The notes beneath the pieces were generated by a model. The model was not told the DNA's origin, did not search any database, and was given only the letters and a program-made list of their open reading frames with translations. The position numbers were made by a program, and so were the translations under genes. Of a stretch of DNA of 50,255 nt, positions 45,488 through 50,255 are shown piece after piece. Position 1 is the stretch's first letter. Every line of letters starts with the position of its first letter. The stretch is from a virus. Taxonomy: Duplodnaviria > Caudoviricetes. The stretch covers positions 1 through 50,255 of the IMG/VR virus record IMGVR_UViG_3300030059_003698. One strand, given 5' to 3'.

Positions 45488-45635
45488 AGAAATATAGCGA
45501 TTGTCTTACACGCCTGACGCCATGATGGTGCTATGTTGGCTGGCGGGGGAGTCTAGTATCACTTTTGCCAAGGACGGCGCACTACCCTCCATCCTTTTAC
45601 TGGTACTCCTTCTTAAATTCCCTTCTCTTATTTGA

Positions 45636-46910
45636 TCAACTCGTAGCCGTAGGAAGCTCGTCCCATCGAGTGGTGTATCTCGGTGTCCGATGCTCGCAGC
45701 GAAGCTCCCAAGCGTTCTGTTTGCGAGGCATACCGAGGCGCACCGTCCCTTTGCCGTGCTCCCTGTTTAGTTTATCCAACGTAGCCATCAGTCGCTCATT
45801 TCTTTCTCGCTTCTCATAGCTCTGTGTCTCACCCAGCAATCCAAGCTGTTCGTTGTCGTGATCGCATAAGTCCATCAACATCACGCCGCACTTTTGATAC
45901 ATGATGCCTGGTTTGAATATCTGCTCAAGCCCTGCTGCAGCTGCGCGTACCAAGTCGCGGCTGTCGCACGTAGCGTAGGGCAGGGGCACTACAACGCTTT
46001 TGCTGTAACTCGGCAGGTCTGTCCGGAACCTGTTCGTGCGCACGAAAACCATTATCGCTTGGGCGAGTCCTTTCTGCTTACGCAACTTCTCCCCAGCGCG
46101 GGCGGTGTGTGTCCGTACAGCTTCCTGCAGGTCGGTTTTGTTCTGGGTAAGTCGCCCAAATGATCGGCTCACCATGATCTGCTTTTTCGGCTGGGTCATG
46201 TCATCAAGCGGGATACAGTCGACGCCGCGCAGCTCATAAACCAGGCGCTCCATTAGCACGCTGAAGTGCTTGCGCAGATGTTTAGGCGACGCCTCGCGCA
46301 ACTGCCAGGCTGTCTCAATACCCAATGTGTGAAGCCGTACCGCGCTACGCCCAGCAACGCCCCAGATTTCCTTGACCGGCAATTGCTGCAAAAACTCCCG
46401 GGTATCGTCACTGTCGGGTTCCATGATGGCCACGCCATCAAAGCCGCTTTCTTTTTTTGCCCGGTGGTTAGCAATCTTTGCGAGCGTTTTGGAAGTACTG
46501 AGCCCAACACTGACCGGTATGCCGGTATCGCGTTTAACCTGGCGCCGCATTACTTGGCAGCGATCAGTTAGCGTCTCAGTCTCAAACCCTTCAAACGAAA
46601 GAAATGACTCGTCGATGCTGTAAACATCAACGTGTGGTGTGTGCTGACTCAGAACGTCAGTAACGCGGCGGCTCATATCGCCGTAGAGAGCGTAATTACT
46701 CGATAGCAGTGTGCACTGGCGGCGAATATGTGGGTCGATCTGATGCGCAGGCATACCCATGGCCACGCCCAGCTGTTTGATTTCTGCCGATCGCGCTACC
46801 ACACAGCCATCGTTGTTCGACATTACGCCAACCGGCTTTCCTTCGAGCCGGGGCTGAAAGACGCGCTCGCAACTGACGTAGAAGTTATTGCAGTCGACAA
46901 GAGCGATCAT
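45636..46910 (-). CDS. umuC: Y-family DNA polymerase V subunit UmuC
   Basis: IALVDCNNFYVSCERVF.P, SNNDGC, SSNYALY, YSIDE, SRSFG, PRYTTRWDEL. Confidence 0.96.
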   Translation of the reverse strand: MIALVDCNNFYVSCERVFQPRLEGKPVGVMSNNDGCVVARSAEIKQLGVAMGMPAHQIDPHIRRQCTLLSSNYALYGDMSRRVTDVLSQHTPHVDVYSIDESFLSFEGFETETLTDRCQVMRRQVKRDTGIPVSVGLSTSKTLAKIANHRAKKESGFDGVAIMEPDSDDTREFLQQLPVKEIWGVAGRSAVRLHTLGIETAWQLREASPKHLRKHFSVLMERLVYELRGVDCIPLDDMTQPKKQIMVSRSFGRLTQNKTDLQEAVRTHTARAGEKLRKQKGLAQAIMVFVRTNRFRTDLPSYSKSVVVPLPYATCDSRDLVRAAAAGLEQIFKPGIMYQKCGVMLMDLCDHDNEQLGLLGETQSYEKRERNERLMATLDKLNREHGKGTVRLGMPRKQNAWELRCEHRTPRYTTRWDELPTATS

Positions 46911-47356
46911 ACGGCGAAGCCCGGCGCGAGCGAGTGAATGTTGTGGGTGACGACGCCCCACACTTCGCAATCGTGGCCCGTTAGCGCAATGGGTTTAAAG
47001 CTGGGGTTGGATGCGAACAGATAGGGCCGGTTGCCGATCTTGCCAAGTTTCTTGCACGTCAGCTCGCCATCAACGCTCATGATCACTATATGGCCGGGCT
47101 TGGGCTCAAGCGAGCGATCAACCACTAACAGATCATTGTCATAAATGCCATCACCTTCCATCGACGTGCCCTTGGCGCGCAAGAAATACGTGGCGCTAGG
47201 GTGCTGTACTAGATGGGCAACCAGATCAAGCTCAGCCTCCAGATAGTCATCAGCAGGTGAGGGGAAACCAGTACGAACAAAGCCACCGATAAGGGGGATG
47301 TTTACGGCAGGACCAGAGCTGTCAGCGCGGCCCAATACCGTCAGGTGCATGCTCAT
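46907..47356 (-). CDS. umuD: UmuD (S24 peptidase)
   Basis: GFPSPADDY, GTSM, LVVDRS, ELTCKKL, WGVV. Confidence 0.95.
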   Translation of the reverse strand: MSMHLTVLGRADSSGPAVNIPLIGGFVRTGFPSPADDYLEAELDLVAHLVQHPSATYFLRAKGTSMEGDGIYDNDLLVVDRSLEPKPGHIVIMSVDGELTCKKLGKIGNRPYLFASNPSFKPIALTGHDCEVWGVVTHNIHSLAPGFAV

Positions 47357-47586
47357 GACATCGATTCCTCAGGGTTCCAGCGCACTCGAAAAAGTTCACC
47401 ATCGTCATCAAGGGAGATCATTGTGACGTTCTCGACAGTCCCAAGCTCGCTCAGCATGCGCTCCCAATCCTCTGCCGAGTCTTCGGGCTGGCGCTGGATC
47501 TCGGCACAGTGCTCGGACTGAGCGCGCGGGCTGTTGATTTTGCGCTGCACGCGACCGACCAGGGCTTGATAGGTTTTCTCTGACAT
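47353..47586 (-). CDS. Small SOS-operon protein (DUF1654-like)
   Basis: YQALVGRVQRKINSPRAQ..DWERML..VRW; AGGAGG RBS; first gene after the SOS box. Confidence 0.75.
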   Translation of the reverse strand: MSEKTYQALVGRVQRKINSPRAQSEHCAEIQRQPEDSAEDWERMLSELGTVENVTMISLDDDGELFRVRWNPEESMS

Positions 47587-47604
47587 AAGCGCCTCCTTAT
47601 TTAA

Positions 47605-47620
47605 CTGTTAAAATATACAG
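47605..47620. promoter_or_regulatory. LexA (SOS) box of the umuDC operon
   Basis: CTGTTAAAATATACAG (CTG-N10-CAG). Confidence 0.9.
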
Positions 47621-47824
47621 TAGTAGGTGCGGAGTATAGTCAGGGGAGGCTACAAAAATCTAGGGGGACTGGTCGCAATTTGGTCGCAGACTGTGTGCGA
47701 CCAATGCAACGTGTGTAAACATAGTAAAGCGATAAGAGGCTGATTTATCGGCGAAGCCTTGTGCAAGCGCGGCCCACCAGAATTGCAGAAGCGGATTCAA
47801 AATCCGCCGTGGCATTCAGGCCAA

Positions 47825-48322
47825 CTATAGGATGAAAATTTCATCATGGATTTTCCGTAGACCCTCAGCTTTTTGTTCAAAGAAGTTAGAGTATTGGCTT
47901 CCTATGGCGGTATTCTTATTACCGAGAGCTCCAGTTAAAAGCGTGGCATTTGATTCACCGTCGATCTTCTCCAGGCTCCAATCTTCAAGCTGTTTCCCTA
48001 CGGTAGGCGAAAGAGAGCGTATCACCGAGCAATGACGACGTATCTGCTTATCCAAAAGTCTCAATTGCTCACCTCTTTCTTGAGTCTGCATTTCATAGGC
48101 TAGAGCCCTGAACTCAGCAAAATCGGCCAACAATAAATGATACCTCTGAATTAGCACTTCTTTTTTTTGGAGTGCCAGTCGGCTTTTCTCACTTTCCCTT
48201 TGAGTATTTATGGCGCGCTTTGCTGAGTTGGCAGACCTCCAAGCAGCTACCGCAGCTAAAGAGGTTGCTATTGCAGCAATTACAGCAGCGTAATCGGCAA
48301 TGCTCAAGCTTGGCTCAGCCAT
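47825..48322 (-). CDS. Membrane-anchored cargo protein
   Basis: N-terminal TM AAVIAAIATSLAAVAAW then a helical domain; AGGAG RBS; low GC. Confidence 0.7.
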   Translation of the reverse strand: MAEPSLSIADYAAVIAAIATSLAAVAAWRSANSAKRAINTQRESEKSRLALQKKEVLIQRYHLLLADFAEFRALAYEMQTQERGEQLRLLDKQIRRHCSVIRSLSPTVGKQLEDWSLEKIDGESNATLLTGALGNKNTAIGSQYSNFFEQKAEGLRKIHDEIFIL

Positions 48323-48514
48323 AAAAATTGACTCCTGTTGGGTCGCACGTTGCTATTAGTGACTGGTTGCGGTTTGGTTGCTGACTGGCTGCAACCAATA
48401 TAAAGAATGTAAGCATAAGACGGCAGTAGCCTGGGGGTCTAGCCAGGAGGCCGCATGGCAGGCGCGACCGTGTTGGGTAATGCTTTGCACTCATAATCCC
48501 ATGCTTATTCATTG

Positions 48515-48913
48515 TTACCATTGGCGTAGCCGGGTAGTGTGGAGAAACTTACCGACAAGCTGATCGGCGTGCTGCTTTAAATTCGGGGGTATAGTATAAC
48601 GGCCCATTCCATTGGGAATGCATTGCTTCTTCAGGGCTTCGAGTTCCGCGATTGTGTGATCTAGGATCTGAGATTCATTTTTGCTTACATAGGCGCGGTA
48701 CTTGTTGACCATTTCAGATGAAGGTAGCTTGGGCAGCAAAGCGCCGTTGCTTTTTCTCCAACTGCTATCGACTAGTATCCAGATTGGTTCTCGAACTTTG
48801 TTGCGGCTTTTGCGAGTCTCACGACCCAAAGCAGAATAATGGCCTACTAGACCACCCAAGGTTAAAGAAACTAAGCTAATTGCAATTTGACTCAGCATAT
48901 ATGGCTCCAGCAA
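48515..48913 (-). CDS. Membrane-anchored cargo protein (likely start ATG 48898)
   Basis: TM IAISLVSLTLGGLVGHY; low GC. Confidence 0.65.
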   Translation of the reverse strand: MLEPYMLSQIAISLVSLTLGGLVGHYSALGRETRKSRNKVREPIWILVDSSWRKSNGALLPKLPSSEMVNKYRAYVSKNESQILDHTIAELEALKKQCIPNGMGRYTIPPNLKQHADQLVGKFLHTTRLRQW

Positions 48914-48923
48914 GAAAATCCTA

Positions 48924-48966
48924 TGTGTCTAGATTGTGCCAGAGGCCTGCGCATTAATGTGTCTAG
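48924..48966 (+). promoter_or_regulatory. Putative integrase arm-type sites, right arm
   Basis: TGTGTCTAG at 48924 and 48958, TGTGCCAG at 48935; match to 57-73. Confidence 0.6.
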
Positions 48967-49066
48967 CTGCCTAATATTGAGAATATCGGTAATTCGGTAC
49001 ACACTGCGCCCAGCGTGTTAGTTTTTTAAATTCAGTGGGTTAGGGCGGTTGGTTCCCTAAAGAGTA

Positions 49067-49128
49067 GGTCTTGAAAACCGGCATAGGTTAATAGCCTATC
49101 CAGGGTTCGAATCCCTGTCCCTCCGCCA
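49067..49128 (+). tRNA. 3' fragment of tRNA-Ser(TGA) = attR core duplication (not a full tRNA)
   Basis: GGTCTTGAAAACCGG, long variable arm, GGTTCGAATCCC, CTCCGCCA; the 5' acceptor and D arms are missing. Confidence 0.88.
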
Positions 49129-49138
49129 CCTCGATACT

Positions 49139-49167
49139 AAAGCCCCTGATTCGTCAGGGGTTTTTTC
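49139..49167 (+). terminator. Original tRNA terminator
   Basis: CCCCTGA-TTCG-TCAGGGG plus T-run. Confidence 0.8.
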
Positions 49168-49875
49168 GTTTCTAGACTTTCTTTTTCCTTCCACAGAAAA
49201 CCCTCGGCGATGAAGGACAGTAGGTTTGCGCGTATCGGTGACGTCGTTTGAGCACGGCCACAGCAGACTCGCTGAGCGGTATCGTTATCGTTCGACGTTT
49301 TCCCGCTTTGCTGTCCTCTGGCTCTAAGGTAATCAGCGCATTTTTCCAATTTACACGGCACCACTACAGTTTTAACAGCTCGCCCTTGCATGCGCCTGGT
49401 TGGGCCAACTCTATAAAGTTGTCCCTGCGCTCGCCTTCGCGGATCGTTTGGCTTTCCCAATCAGTTTGCCTATCACCTTGTCGGCACCAAAGAAGTCATA
49501 GAGCTTGCCGGTACGCATCTTAATAACGGCCAATGACCGCTTATCCAGATTACCCTGCAGGTACTCGGCGACAGCTTCGGTCTGGGGTTTCGTCTCAATA
49601 GTACTGGCGGTAAACCTGAGCCTTACATTTCCTATCTGATACTTCCGCAGCTTGCTTGTCGATCATCTGAGTAGAGCGTCTAATTGGCTCAACGCCTCAC
49701 ACCGGGCAAGGGGATTTGCTCTGACTGGGTAAGCAGTTTCAGGATACACGTGTCGCTTGATCTGATATTAGCAAGTGGATGGATCAATCGCGTCAAAGCG
49801 TATAGATGAATCCTGACTACAAACGTCGTTAGCTTGAACGATTGCCACAGTGTTCAACCGGATTGCCGAAGTGCA

Positions 49876-49910
49876 GGGAAGGGAAGGGAAGGGAAGGGAA
49901 GGGAAGGGAA
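49876..49910. repeat. (GGGAA)7 microsatellite
   Basis: Seven perfect GGGAA units. Confidence 0.95.
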
Positions 49911-50255
49911 GTGTCAGTGATATGTCGAATTTTTCTCAATAACCGAGTGATCAGTTATGCTTGTAAAGACAAAAAGTTTGATTGATGTTATTAAGAACAG
50001 TGGTATAGATGCGCTTTAAAAGAGCCATTATCATCTTCCCAGATCACCAAGATACTTTTGAAGAAATATTTTCTGGTTCAGAAGATTTTATTAAGCGCAT
50101 GTAGAAAAGCTTCTTAATTAAAAACAATTTTTTAGATGAGGCTAAATATGCAATATATGGTTATAATTTTGAATCTTCTGTCCAGGAAGGGTGGTTGGAG
50201 ACATGATGCTAATGAGCAGCTAGCGAAAGACATAGAAAATAAGGTTGTTCAATAA

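Larger units (their letters stand above)
1..49128. mobile_element. Lambdoid/HK97-like temperate prophage integrated at tRNA-Ser(TGA); left att just outside window
   Basis: Full ordered set of integrase, immunity, replication, lysis, head and tail modules; 3' tRNA-Ser fragment at the right end; matching arm-type repeats at both ends. Confidence 0.96.

Noticed and set aside
49040-49128. Complete tRNA-Ser gene
   Set aside because: No 5' acceptor strand or D arm upstream of the anticodon stem; it is the att duplication
49170-49700. Fragmentary minus-strand reading frames beyond attR (e.g. KLRKYQIG..KMRTGKLYDFFG)
   Set aside because: No clean start, apparent frameshifts and no recognisable family; possibly a pseudogene but not supportable

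Overview
The window is essentially one apparently complete lambdoid, HK97-type (siphovirus) temperate prophage of about 49.1 kb. It runs from the integrase stop codon at base 1 to an attR made of the duplicated 3' part of a tRNA-Ser(TGA) gene (49067-49128); attL lies just outside the window. Gene content suggests a gammaproteobacterial, probably Halomonas-like, host (inference). Gene order: int/xis; leftward early genes (HNH, DUF4406-like, RdgC-FtsK-gamma fusion, LuxR HTH); immunity region (non-cleavable CI-like repressor, Cro, shared ATGG-N6-CCAT operators, a LexA-box-controlled small ORF); replication genes with iterons; nin-like region; putative Q; a tRNA(CAT); lysis cassette; head and tail genes; tail-region morons (Doc-type TA, PDZ-like membrane protein); a LexA-controlled umuDC operon; low-GC cargo at the right end. 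The most striking unannotated items are: (1) a prophage-borne CsrB/RsmY-like sRNA with four GGA hairpins and nearby GacA/UvrY-type boxes; (2) an early-region gene that is a diverged, probably nuclease-dead copy of the terminase large-subunit nuclease domain (candidate decoy or inhibitor); (3) a candidate SOS-induced antirepressor; (4) four EF-hand loops in the tape measure protein; (5) a BssS-like gene. All family assignments come from motif recognition by eye; no database search was run.
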